Of a stretch of 64,000 nt of DNA, positions 25,700-37,729 are shown one piece after another. The notes beneath the pieces were generated by a model. The model was not told the origin of the DNA, searched no databases, and was given only the letters and a program-made list of their open reading frames with translations. Origin of the DNA: Mobula hypostoma (lineage: Eukaryota); the NCBI RefSeq assembly GCF_963921235.1, contig NC_086097.1:65100001-65164000 (forward strand), in the 5' to 3' direction. The first letter of the stretch is position 1. Each line of letters opens with the position of its first letter. The translations under genes were made by a program, and so were the position numbers.

Positions 25700-27424
25700 G
25701 TAAGCAGCAGAACTCCACTCTAAGGGCGCAAAGGAAAGGAAAGGCCGCGCTGAAGCAGCTAACACTACACGTCTTTTGTCTGAAGTTCAGCACTCACAAA
25801 ATCGGCTTATCAATAAATAATATTCTCCATTTGCTAAAAGAAATCGAGCTGTTCCAGTCGTTAACCCCACTCTTTCCTGTAAACCTAAATTGGCCACACG
25901 TTCCTCTACATAATATCATTTTGCAGAAATCAGTAAAAATTAAAAGCTGCGTTTTTCATTCTCATCAGTGACCACTGCACTGGAGCACAGCAAAACTAAA
26001 GCTTCACTCTAACCGCTTTCATGCTTTGTTAAGCGAAACAATTTCAAAACGTTTACCGAGTTAAATTTTAACTTTTCATTAGATGGGGGCTGAACACTTC
26101 TTTCTCGTTAATTACTTAAATGTTGCTCACTCCTTTCTGACAAAATCAGTTTTCCCACTCAACAATACAAAATAAGGCCACGTCGCTTCTTATATAATTA
26201 TCTCCTCTCCCACTGATCTCCTGATTAGAATGGTCTGCTACTTATGCCCCGTAGGTTTTGTGGGAGAACATCGATTATAATTATTTTTTTCGCGATAATT
26301 CACGTTGGTAGAACTTCTCTCAATATCGAGATTAATTACAAAATTGATGTGTAGATTAATTGCTGAATATAGTATATTATTCCGTTGGTTCTCAAACAAA
26401 ACATACTATATTTGGAAATTAAGGTATAAAGCATTTTGAGGCCCAGTTTGCTGGAAGCCGTTTGACGCTCCTAAATCTCAATATAAATATTTTCTTTGCG
26501 CACACAATGAAAGCCAATGAACCCCATTGTTGGAAATTGCACCCATTGTTATGCCAGTTTCCGGAAATGCCCGGAATGCATTCAAACATATTTTACTGTG
26601 CATAATTTACAGGACTTTTAAATAATTCACGTATTTAATAAAAACAACGTGGAAGAATAACTGATTAACATCAGTTGCTAACGCCAGTTTTTTTAAAAAA
26701 ACATCACGACAAAATATCTTGTCCTGGGTCAGAAAGGAAACACACAATTAAACCACCAATTGCATTTCCTACATAATAATGCACCGCTTCGGGCTACAAA
26801 GCAATATATGAGCAGAAAGTGCATAAATGAATTCTGTAGATATGATGTGGGAAAGTCAAATGAAGTTTAAGTAGGAGGATTAGTAGCTCATTTCCAGTAC
26901 AAACAATCATGAACATAAAGGTTAGGATTTAGTACTGACCAGATCAACTTACACTAACTAGAGCCATCCTAGAAACATTAATCGAAACAGTATTGTAATA
27001 TGCATTTTAATAATTAGTTTAATAAATTAAAATCAACGAAAACGCTGCTTACGCGTTTAAAAGATGTTGACGCTTCAAACTGTACTATTGGTAAGTATCA
27101 AACATCAGAAATAGTTTTGAAATTGTGATAGCAAGGCACTTTGTGGAAAAGTTGATGTGCAAGTGTTGGCTTGCTCACTCACTAATGCATGACGTACCCG
27201 ATTGAAATGCAGACGGCTGAGATGCGTAAACCGGACTTGATCGGGTTAGCAGAAATGAGTAAATGAGTAATTCCGTTGAATTGTTCTCCAAGAAAGTTTA
27301 TCTGGCTGTCTGGACCAAATTGCACAAAATGCTGGAGTCACTGGTCAGAAATAGAGAAGCAAATATCATGTCTGCTACAAGTATTCAGATATAAGTCATG
27401 TCATATAAATATTTTTGTTGTTAG

Positions 27425-27573
27425 GTGCTATTCCCATTAGTGACAGTTCTTCTTATCCTACTAAAGTGGAAGAATGGAACAGTATAAACAGGAGTCACTT
27501 CCACTCCTCAAACCAGTCTGCAGTGAATGGACTGGACAAGTCCCCACTGGAGCAGGAAGTCAAATATACTCAG
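27425..27573 (+). CDS. PAX9: Pax-9 coding exon 3
   Basis: Acceptor ttag 27421-24 (phase 1, in frame), donor GTAATT 27574; (G)AIPISDSSSYPTKVEEWNSINR...VNGLDKSPLEQEVKYTQ. Confidence 0.92.
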
Positions 27574-29665
27574 GTAATTGTAGCTTGCCTTTCCTCTCAA
27601 CAAGACAGATTACAGCGTTTACAGAACTCCAAACTACAAAAATAAACACCTTTCAACAATTACAACCCATATGTAATTAGTATTCTAAATTGCAATGACT
27701 TTTACATGTGGGAACCTCTAATTAATTTGCAAAATTAAGATCGAGGTAAAAAAATCGACCTCTTTAAAAATATAAAGAAGATTATACAATGTCCTCTCTA
27801 GTTGGTATTTTAATGCGTGTATGTCTAAATAACTTTCCATTACTCAGACGGGCGAAATGCTATATCGCAGAATGAGAACAACAAACAAAATAAATACAAT
27901 AAAAGTAGACAGTAAGAAATTTATATACAATTAATTGTTTTATTGGCCACCGTGGGATTGTCAATTGCAATCGACGAAATCCATGATTTATTGCATAAAG
28001 TAAATTGGCAAGAAATGCGTTACGGGGAAATAATCTGTAATTCTTTATGGTGAATAATGATAAAATTTCTATAATCTAATACAGTACATACATTTTTAAT
28101 GGAACGAGTATGGGAGTTTGAAGTAGATCAATATAGAGCATTTTCCCCGTGCAATTCCGGTTTCTTTCACAAAGATCTCTTTTTGATGTTAGTGCACCTT
28201 CAATTTAAAGTTGACTAGTCGTCCCGATGAGGCATGTTATTTTAAAGAAAATATTATATGTATGTTATAAAAGTAGGAATATGGAATAGGACTAGGGCCG
28301 GAAGAGAACTTTAAAATGATTACATTGATAGGTAAAGTAATTATTTGATACGAACTGTGCAAGAAATTATTTTTTTTAACCGAGTTTACTTTACCCTTAT
28401 CCCGGCAACCCAGTAAAATTGTGAATCTTATCTTGATTAAAATGTAGTAATTAGTTAACCGATCCTCAACATGATAATGTACAAAAGGGAGGGGGCGGCG
28501 GTGGGGGGAGACGGAAGATAGAAAGACATTGAGCATATGACCCCAGGAACACAAATAATACATATTATTGTCAAATGAAGAACATTTAGTTGCGGTAACA
28601 ACGGAACATTCCTAAATAGTTTCCAAATTAAACAAAAAAGCTCAAAACACACTCAAGGCCAAATCTGTGGGTTTTATCAGCGCTCCAGATAGGTTAACAG
28701 GTTAAGCGGCATAAGTATAATATCGAATTTAATTTAACAAATTTAATAGATTTACCAGCTATTATGAACGAATTTAATTACAGAACCAAAAATACATGGC
28801 GCACTTTCAAATGTCGATAGGAATTATTAAATCGCCGTATTTACGTGCAATTTAGACAGGTAGTGTTGTGGTAGGGTTAGAGCAGTTCCAACACTTGCTA
28901 TCTTTGTGAATTGTATATTTTTATCGTACTATATAAATTCCAATTCCCAACACACACATCTTAAAACATAGACCGTGAAAGTATAGTTAGTACGTGTTGG
29001 GTTTACATTTTATTTTGAGAATACTGCATTCGGAGCATCATTGTCATTGTCGATTTATCTTTGTGCTGGCCTTCACTTTGTTATTATGTGTATGTGTATA
29101 CATAAATATATATATATATATCATTCTGAGTGTTAACTGCTTTGATTCACTGATGACGCTGAAACACTCATTGCACATTAACACGTGTAATGTGTAACAT
29201 GTGCCAGTAGAACCACGACTTTTTAAACTGGCAATCTTTTTGCTGGATACCTCAAATAAATAATATCAATGTTGTCACATCTGCCTATTTTGTACATTTA
29301 CTTAACACAATTAAATTATATTTAATGTACAGCAATATTTTTCTCCATTTTTTGTAGAATACAAAATTTACGTTAAAATACTAACTGTAGTTAAATGCAC
29401 TGGCATTTGCACCAGCTGAACGTAAATGATACAGTTCTGGCTCACGGTTAAGATATCGTGGCCAGTTTTTTATTTTTTGGGTAATTCCACACTTGATCCG
29501 TTGTTCTGCTTTATGATTAATTTTGCATCCATCTAATGTCTGTTGTATAGCAATTTAATTTTTTTGCACCTGAGGTTCACTCTGCTAATATGACAAAGAA
29601 TATATCGAGATTCTCGTTAATGATGTTTAACTTTAAGTAATTTAACTTTTTTTTTTATCTTCCAG

Positions 29666-29920
29666 GGTCCCAATGGTTTGCCTGCAGTTAGCAGCTTTGT
29701 TTCAGCTTCAACTATGGCTCCTTATCCTCCACCCACACAAGTATCTCCCTACATGACATACAGTGCAGCTGCTTCCAGCTACATGGCAACCCACGGCTGG
29801 CAGCATGCGGCTGGCAGCACAATATCAACGCACAGTTGCGACCTTCCCACACCAGTGCCATTTAAAAGCATTCAAGCAGCTAGAGAAGGTAGCCATTCGA
29901 TTGCAGCCTCTGCATTGTAG
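29666..29920 (+). CDS. PAX9: Pax-9 coding exon 4 (C-terminus)
   Basis: Polypyrimidine tract plus CAG acceptor ending 29665; [15 protein letters not shown]...QVSPYMTYS...[13 protein letters not shown]. Total CDS 4+633+149+255=1041 nt, 346 aa. Confidence 0.97.
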   Translation, partial: GPNGLPAVSSFVSASTMAPYPPPTQVSPYMTYSAAASSYMATHGWQHAAGSTISTHSCDLPTPVPFKSIQAAREGSHSIAASAL

Positions 29921-32211
29921 TGCACATTTAATTACAATTCAGCGTCTTAATCCCAGCATCAGAACAAACATAGCGATAGCTCTGATAAACACAGACAAAA
30001 GGAAATGCCTGATGTGTGGCAATTTCAATAACTTTATTTAGTTTTCTCAAGTGAGCTATTGGATTTTGAATCGGCATGAGACAAAACAAAACCCACCCCT
30101 CACCTTATGCCTGTATTTATGTCTTCCATGGGATGCAGATGGTAATATAATTGTCATTTTGCAAGCATAATAAGGATCGAATCATACTTCTGTAACCATC
30201 CAGAGATGATGAAACCAAGAGCTACTTATCACATGAGAATAATGCTGAGTGGAATTTAATGTAAGTCATTTCATTTAAAGAGATCTCAGATTCTTAAACA
30301 TTCCTCCTCTTAAGCCACTGTTTCCTAACATTTAGACATAGAACAATATTGATTGCAGCCCCATCAAATTATTGTGGTTTGGACTGTTCCAAATGTCTGC
30401 TTGATCAAGATATTCTGGTGGCAAGTGGTCTTTTTGGGAGCAGGTAGCTGCAATCATTGTTCAGAGAAGTTATATTTCAGTAGAATGGATTCTCCAAAAT
30501 TCTAGATGTCAATAATATTAAATTGATTAATTAGTACAACCACTTAACATGTGCCAACTACTTTTCACAACTGTTATTTCCAAAATAAAATTAAGTTCTA
30601 GGGATTTGCTATCATTAGCTTACTTCTAAAAATAAATTGCATGCTGGCAGATAAGTGGAAAATTCTCTAATGTGCTTATTCTCTCTTTGAATAGAATGAA
30701 TCATTCAAATCATTTATATCTTCACAGAGTTAGTAAAAGTAAACTGAAATATGCTGCCCTGATCAATGCTCAAACGTTTAAAAAGACTGACAAATTTTAA
30801 AAGCCTTTTTGTAAAATTTTCCTTATAACAATTGAGAAGTCTTGCCTTTGGTGCACCCTTTTCAAAATTCAATAATGATAGAGATGTGAATACGTAAAGA
30901 ACCGTCCTCCAACAAATTAATTATATTGAGATAAAGAGGCAAATTATTGAAATTTAGTTATTTGGTGAAGAAATAATCAGTGTTAGGGAGGACTGGTTAA
31001 TGGAACAGGAACTATTTTTCTTTGTAAATTAAAATAAAATGGTCATGTTTATTTTCATATTAATGTGTCAGGCTTTTCTCCCCGAATGTTGCAATTGACT
31101 CTCCAGAAAACATATTCATCAACTAAAGGATGCCTAGCCACTTGAAGAATAAATCAAATGTCAAATATTATGTATATATAGCAGAAAATTCCACATTTTT
31201 TTATGAAGGATGTTTCTTTTCTTCAGCAGAGGACACTAAATCAAACAACCCGCCAAATAAATCGACATGATTCTATATGCAAGCTCAAAGGGTCATTCAA
31301 AAGTTCAAACACAGCTAGGTATAAAGTTAGTTTTTTGAAGACCTGAACAAAATGTTTTTAGAAGTCGATCAGACAGTTCAAGCTTATTGTGAAACCTAGA
31401 AATGGACTCATACAATGGACTTATAGCAATAACCACTGTGAAAAGCAACTCTGGTTGGTTATAGCACTGCCCCTGCAATTATGGTAAATATTAACATGTT
31501 TTTCTGATCGTTTCAAGGAAGTTTCTGTTTGAAATGAATGTACATCTGCTCGCTGTGAAGTTTACATCCATGTAAATAATCAATTTTATTTGTAGGTATA
31601 ATGGTGGTGGAAAATGTTATAAATACAAAATTTATTTAATGGCAATTAGTACTTCATGTAGCAAATATCCATAAATTAGGCCACAACTGTAATTGGGTAG
31701 CCATACAAAAACCTGTACTCCATGAAGATGTAAAAGAACTGTTTAAATTAATTCATAAACATTTTTCAGAAAATGTACATTATATGTTTCAGTTGTGAGA
31801 TTAGTTCACAGGTCTCACAGCTCCTCTCTCTAAAGCTTTCTATTCAACCTGTTAAGTTCAGGAGCAATGTACAGAAAATTAAATCCTTTAAAAAAGGACA
31901 TAGATCAATAGGCTGTACTTGTATATATCTGTAAGAAAACATTTTATTTTTATAAAAGACCTAAATTAAAAACATGAATTACAAAATATTTGTTTAATTC
32001 AGAAATGTAAAAATTGTTAATCATTCTGGGTTAATTTATTGACAGGAGAAAATACTTTACATTTATATCACTTTGCTCTGAATACAGACTTAAATGAAAT
32101 TCTTCTGGAAAAAAATATTCTTCCTGTTTACACAAGTTTATTGAGGACAATGGAACATGATGTTTCTTTTAAGAAAATGGAAGTGTTTTAGTTATCTTTG
32201 TTCTGTCTGAA

Positions 32212-32273
32212 TCAGAAGTTTTCCTGAAGCCAGGCAAAAGAATATTCATAAACCAAGAGCATAACTGCACCTC
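32212..32273 (-). CDS. SLC25A21: Mitochondrial 2-oxodicarboxylate carrier, last coding exon (human exon 10 equivalent)
   Basis: Acceptor cccag; (G)GAVMLLVYEYSFAWLQENF* with TGA at 32214-32212; 62 nt. Confidence 0.95.
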
Positions 32274-32394
32274 CTGGGATGAAAACAGAGAAAGTGATCA
32301 ATACAACTTAGTAAGGGATGTTAAAATGCAAATTATTAAAGGTTTAAGCTAACATGGTTGGTTCATGTATATACAATAAATATATTGGAATTAC

Positions 32395-32447
32395 CTGGCC
32401 CTAGCCGCATGACCTTAGGAACCAAGCCTTTGTACAATGCAAAAAAC
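32395..32447 (-). CDS. SLC25A21: SLC25A21 exon 9 equivalent
   Basis: 53 nt, AG/GT bounded; FFALYKGLVPKVMRLGP. Confidence 0.95.
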
Positions 32448-33289
32448 CTATCAAATAGAATATATATATATATGTTAATGTAAGAAGCCAAATACTCACA
32501 TCTTTAAAAATAAATTCGAAGTAATAAATATTCATCTATTCAATCTTGTTCCCCTTTGAAATACACTTTAAACAAAAATTAATTCTGTTTCACATGCTCT
32601 GAAAAAGGCACCATTGCCTAAAGAAACAAATTATACAAGACAATGATAATATGATGGTGGAAATCATGAGTCAAGCCATTTTTACAATTTGTTTCTATGT
32701 TATAATCTCTGAACAATGTAGCATGCAAGGATTTTCACACATTAAATATATTTTAGAAAAAATTGACTATACTGATGGGAATTACATTTTCTAGAGATCA
32801 AGTACAAACTTGTCTAAATTAATTTTATTTTCTTCAGCTCAGTACAATTAAAATTATGTAGATTTTTAAAATCTGGGTTCAGATCCTGTGATGTAAGTTC
32901 CAAGAGATTCCGTCATTTTGCCTAAAGTGCTCTCGGGATTAGAGGAGGCTCTCTAATTCAAATTAATAGTGAATACAAACCCACTCAGATTTCAGATATC
33001 TTTACAGCATAGCACAAGAAGATGTGGTCCAACCATGTCAGTTCTAGGCCTGCAAATGAAATAATTACTGCAGCCCCTCTCTGTACCATGACTTATTTTT
33101 ATGTGAGGTGCTTCTAAAATTAAAAATAAAATCTGAAAATAAAGTCTAAATTTCTAGACATTTTTGTGAATTCCCATAGCAAATAAAGGGACATCAGGGT
33201 CATAACTTTTACCATGTAGTTAATTGGATGAAAGCCTAAAACAAATGTTAAAAGGATTCAACTGTCAAACTAAATAAAAAGACTCCTAC

Positions 33290-33471
33290 CCTTCCTCCCC
33301 GTGGATGGTTCTGATAGTGCTGAAGCATGTTCTGTACTTAATTTCTCCTTGCTTTGGCTGTGGTCCCTGGATCCTGCTCTTTGCTACATCGAAAGGTATA
33401 TTGATACAAGAAGCAATCGTTCCTGACAAAAATCCAATCCCAAGTTTTCTCAGGAATTCAATTGATGGGTC
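33290..33471 (-). CDS. SLC25A21: SLC25A21 exon 8 equivalent
   Basis: 182 nt; DPSIEFLRKLGIGFLSGTIASCINIPFDVAKSRIQGPQPKQGEIKYRTCFSTIRTIHGEEG with carrier motif Px[DE]xx[KR]. Confidence 0.96.
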
Positions 33472-34603
33472 CTAAAACAAAAAGAGAAACGTAAAATATG
33501 CCTTAGGAGAAAAGAATGCCAATTAATCAAAAATCTGCATGGTTCTTTTTTGTTATTCTACCTAAACACATTAAGGTTCCCCATACTCTTGCTCAGTTTC
33601 TTGACAATCATACTGTTAGTGTTTTTACACATGTTCTAAATCGTTGAAACACACATTTCCTCACACAGGATTTATAAACAAAGTTCTTAAAAAAAAGACT
33701 GCTTTGGCATATGGGGATGATTTGTATAATTAGACCTTACAATGTACTTAGTATTACTGTATCAAAACATGAGAAATCCAAGCAACCATATTAGCTAATT
33801 GACCAGAATACTTTACAAATGACAGTAACTTCCACCATTAAATTTACCAAAATACTGATTTGTACATGAGATCTCACTTGGTTAAAAAAAAATCCTGATT
33901 CTAGTGTCCTGTGTTTTAGTTCTCTTTCCTGCATGCTTCTCTCTTCAGATTTTCTTTCATGTCTAAACTATCCAGTCTATCAAGAAGTAGAAGTTTCCTG
34001 TTATTAACAATCCACATTAGTTCAATTATAGCAGTGACTGAAGTCTCGTCTTTTTGGAAAACAGCAGCAAGTAATTTAATTGACCTGAAGTATTTTTACA
34101 GTACACCACTAGTTCAAAATGCTGCTTGTCTCAGATTTGCCGTACACAGATCTGTACTGTAGACATTTCAATAATGTTTTATGTTGATATATTTGAATCC
34201 ACACTTCCTTCTGTTTTACATTAGTAATTATTTATGCAGGCCTGCCATCCATTGCAGTTTGATGGATAATTAAATATAATAGCGTAATGATTTACACTTG
34301 CAAAACACTGAAGTTGAATATAACATTAGTTATGGGTAACTTTTTGCAAGATTAGTAAACTACATGATTGAAAAGGAAAAGCTATGACAGATGGCCAAAT
34401 GATATATTCTTCCTGAAGCCCAACATAATTAGGGCATTGCGACATATGTAATGCCTTAGCTTCAACTGAAGATTTGCATGAGGAAATGAGCTGAACTAGA
34501 GCAAAAGCAACATGAAAATCCACTGAACAGAAATGTACACTAACAGTTCCTGGTTTCTCTTACACTGTTTCATATTGGCTATTTAATTAGATCAAATAAT
34601 TAC

Positions 34604-34768
34604 CTTATTTGCCGGAATAATATTCTTCACATTGAAGTAAAATCCAAAATAAATCATGTTAAATGCACCATGCCGACCTAATGTTGCTGTCAGACCCTTG
34701 TTGAGGCCCCGTAGTCCAAAACCCTGAGTTCGGATCATTTCACGTGAGTAAGCAAATGTGGATGGCTG
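34604..34768 (-). CDS. SLC25A21: SLC25A21 exon 7 equivalent
   Basis: 165 nt; QPSTFAYSREMIRTQGFGLRGLNKGLTATLGRHGAFNMIYFGFYFNVKNIIPANK. Confidence 0.96.
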
Positions 34769-36299
34769 CTGTATTGAGACAAATGTCACATGCCATTATT
34801 TTCAATCTAAATAAAATTTCAGTCTAAAAGGTAATTACCTCATAATAACTTTGTATTCCTCTTAAAATATTTGGAACGAACCCCTGCAGTGTTGTTTATT
34901 GTGCCAGCTTGGAGCAGAGGAAAAGAGAAGCGGGAGTGGGCCATGTGTGGTTGCTTCTGTTCCACCTTTCAGCTCAGTCATGGCAAAGCTTCTGGTTTTA
35001 GTTTGCTCCCCATATCTCTTGGTGTCCAAAACTCCAACATTTTCAGCCTTGAATATATTCAATTGCTAAGCACCCACAGCCTTCCGAGGGTAGAAAATAT
35101 CACAGATTCACAACCTAAACTTGAGTTATTCCTCCACAGTTCAGTACTAAATACAAACGTTTGTAGTTGATGTCTTACTCTGCAATTATGGTTAGAAATT
35201 TCATGACAGCTTGTTTTCTTACATGCAGTGAGAAAGAGATTAAACTATTTGTGGTGCATAAATGTGGCTAAATAACACAGATCACGCTAGATTGATAGCC
35301 GTTCTTGGCTTTTCTGTGTATGCGTGATGTATTTGCATACATAGCATATGGAACATGAATAAAACACATAAAACCCATGCAACACGTATTTAGATCCTCA
35401 AGATTGAAGTTCAATGGTACATTTCTGATTAATGTATCATGAATGCTACTTTCAGGAAATATTGATAACATACATAGCACTTGCACTTTTGGTGTCCACA
35501 ACCATAGCTTTAGTGGAGGGTCAGATGCAGACCAACTCAGTTCCTCCCAGGAATTTGAAATTGTTGCTTTAAGTTTGATGGCAGTCTGGTTGAGCAATCT
35601 TTAGTTGCTTTCCTATAGGACTGACAGCACATCGAGGAGTTGGAAAAATTTCATGACAGCTTGACTTGAATCCAAGCCAGACTTGTCAGAGGAAGAAGCA
35701 GGAAGGAAAGAAGAGAATTTGCTATATCAGTCTATTAGCCAACAGTGCACAGGGAGTCAAACACAACCTTTAACTTTTCAAAAGCTAAGGTTTATTAAAT
35801 CAGTGGTGACAGAAACCTGTCACTTTTTTCATGCAGAACTCCCATTTATGCACCTGTCCCTGTAAATGTGAAGGCGTGGTTACCCTGACTTTACCTTATG
35901 GATTGTTCTTGGTACGGTTGTTAATGATATACTTTACAGTGTGCAGGAAACTACTGCATTAAAGTTATCACTGATTTGCTCCATTCAAAGAGAACAACCT
36001 TCATCGTAATGTCACCGTACAGACACCAGCTGATGCTGTCAGCATTAGGTTTACCAGAATTATGGGATTCCCGAGGTTCAAAGATAGACAAATAGCACTC
36101 ACGTAGCACTTGGGATTTCTCATGTGATTCCAAACTCTATATTAATGTTCTGTCTGATTATTCTTTGTATTTAAACTTCTCTGCAACCATAAGGTGAAAT
36201 TCTTCATGATGAATATCATAAATCCATGAAGAACACTTAACTCTTTCATTCCCAGATAGTTTGCTGTGTCCAACGTACCTCAACCATCAGATCAAGTGG

Positions 36300-36530
36300 A
36301 AGGCTTGCTCTCGTGGGACAAACGCTACCCACTCCCTCCTTAGTCTTCAACTGCATCCATCTGTCACCCCTCCCCAATGTACAATGGACAGAGCAAGTAG
36401 GAGCACAGAAGAGAAAGCTATTGGAATCCTCACTATGAAATTCTGGTGATTGGGGCAGAGAAGGAAGAGCTTTAAACTTCATTGCCACAAGCTACATGCT
36501 CCACAATCTGGCATCACTAGGATACAGCCT
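36300..36530 (+). mobile_element. Fossil PIF/Harbinger transposase fragment
   Basis: Broken-frame remnants (G)DKRYPL, STEEKAIGILTMKFW and FIATSYMLHNLA resemble the Harbinger motifs GDKGYPL, IEQTIGILKMRF and CCMLHNL, in the correct order. Confidence 0.5.
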
Positions 36531-37729
36531 TTGCCTGTGTAGCAAAAGCAGAAGACACAGGAATTGGTGCATGGGGAGGAAGACAAGGCTGCAAGTAGCA
36601 ATTGCTAGGAACCTTCTCCTGCCCAGGACCATGTTGCAACTGAATGTGTCTTGATATGTTTGCCAAGGTTGAGTAACAGTGAATGCATGTGAGACATAAT
36701 GAGTTATAATGAGTAAAAATGAGGTGAAGATGGTGTTGATCTGAGGTCTCCATTGAATTTGTGACTGCAACAGTTTTTTAGGTTCATAGGGATGATTTTG
36801 GGGACAAAAAAGGGATTTAGGGCTCAGGTTAGGGCTTAAGGACAGGGATGTGGGAGTTGGAGGTCAGGCCGAAGTTCAGGCCTCCGCTCCATATTCCATG
36901 TTCGAAGGCCAATGACATGGACATGGTCGAATATTGGGCCAAGGATGAGGGCTGGTGGCCCTGCCCCAGGTCAACAAATCATTGGTGAGTTCAGGGATTA
37001 GTGTTCCATGTGGGCAGGGGGCATGAGGGCTGGTGATACCTTAGGTATATGAGTCGGTGAGACCAGAGCTCAGGCATTATGTTTGGGTTCCGGTCATTTG
37101 ATGTCCAGGTGTAAGGTCTGGAGTTCAGGATCCTCATTATTCATCACTGGCAAGTCCTAGGGTCAATATCAAAGACTAAAGCCCAAAGGTTGACTGGAAG
37201 TCAAGGGCTGATGGCTGGAGCTCTAGGTCTAGAAGTCTACGGATCCACCAGGAAAGCTGAAGGCCCGATGTCTGCGAGTCTGCATGTCCACTGGTGGCTG
37301 GAAGCCAGAGGTGGCTTGTCCTGGGACTGGAGGCTATCTGTGTGTCTGCATGGGTGGGTAGGTGGGATGGAGGAACGGAGTTTATTTTGCTGTTGTTTTG
37401 TTGCTGATGTTCTGTTGTTGTTTGCTGTTTTTGCTGCTTATGTTCTGTGACTATCGTGGGCATGTGATGTTGGTGCCGGAATATGTGGTGACGCTTGTGG
37501 GCTGCACCCCAGCTGATACTTAGGTTTTGTTGATTGTTAATATGCACAATGCATTTCACTTTATGTTTTGATATACAGTAAATGCGATAAATAAATGAAT
37601 CTAAATCCATGAGATGCCTGTGACTGATGCAGTGATGTTAAGGTAAGTGTGTGATGTTTGCAATGGCAGAATTATTGTAGGTGTCTGAATGGCAAGACAT
37701 TTGTGAAGTAGTACATGAGAAGGAACCTC

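Noticed and set aside
27431-27441. Alternative PAX9 exon 3 acceptor (cccattag)
   Set aside because: Shifts the frame by 16 nt and reaches TAA within the exon.
29666-29691. Exon-3-skipping isoform with a long alternative C-terminus, as described for zebrafish pax9
   Set aside because: Skipping the 149-nt exon gives GSQWFACS* here, so no long alternative tail is preserved.
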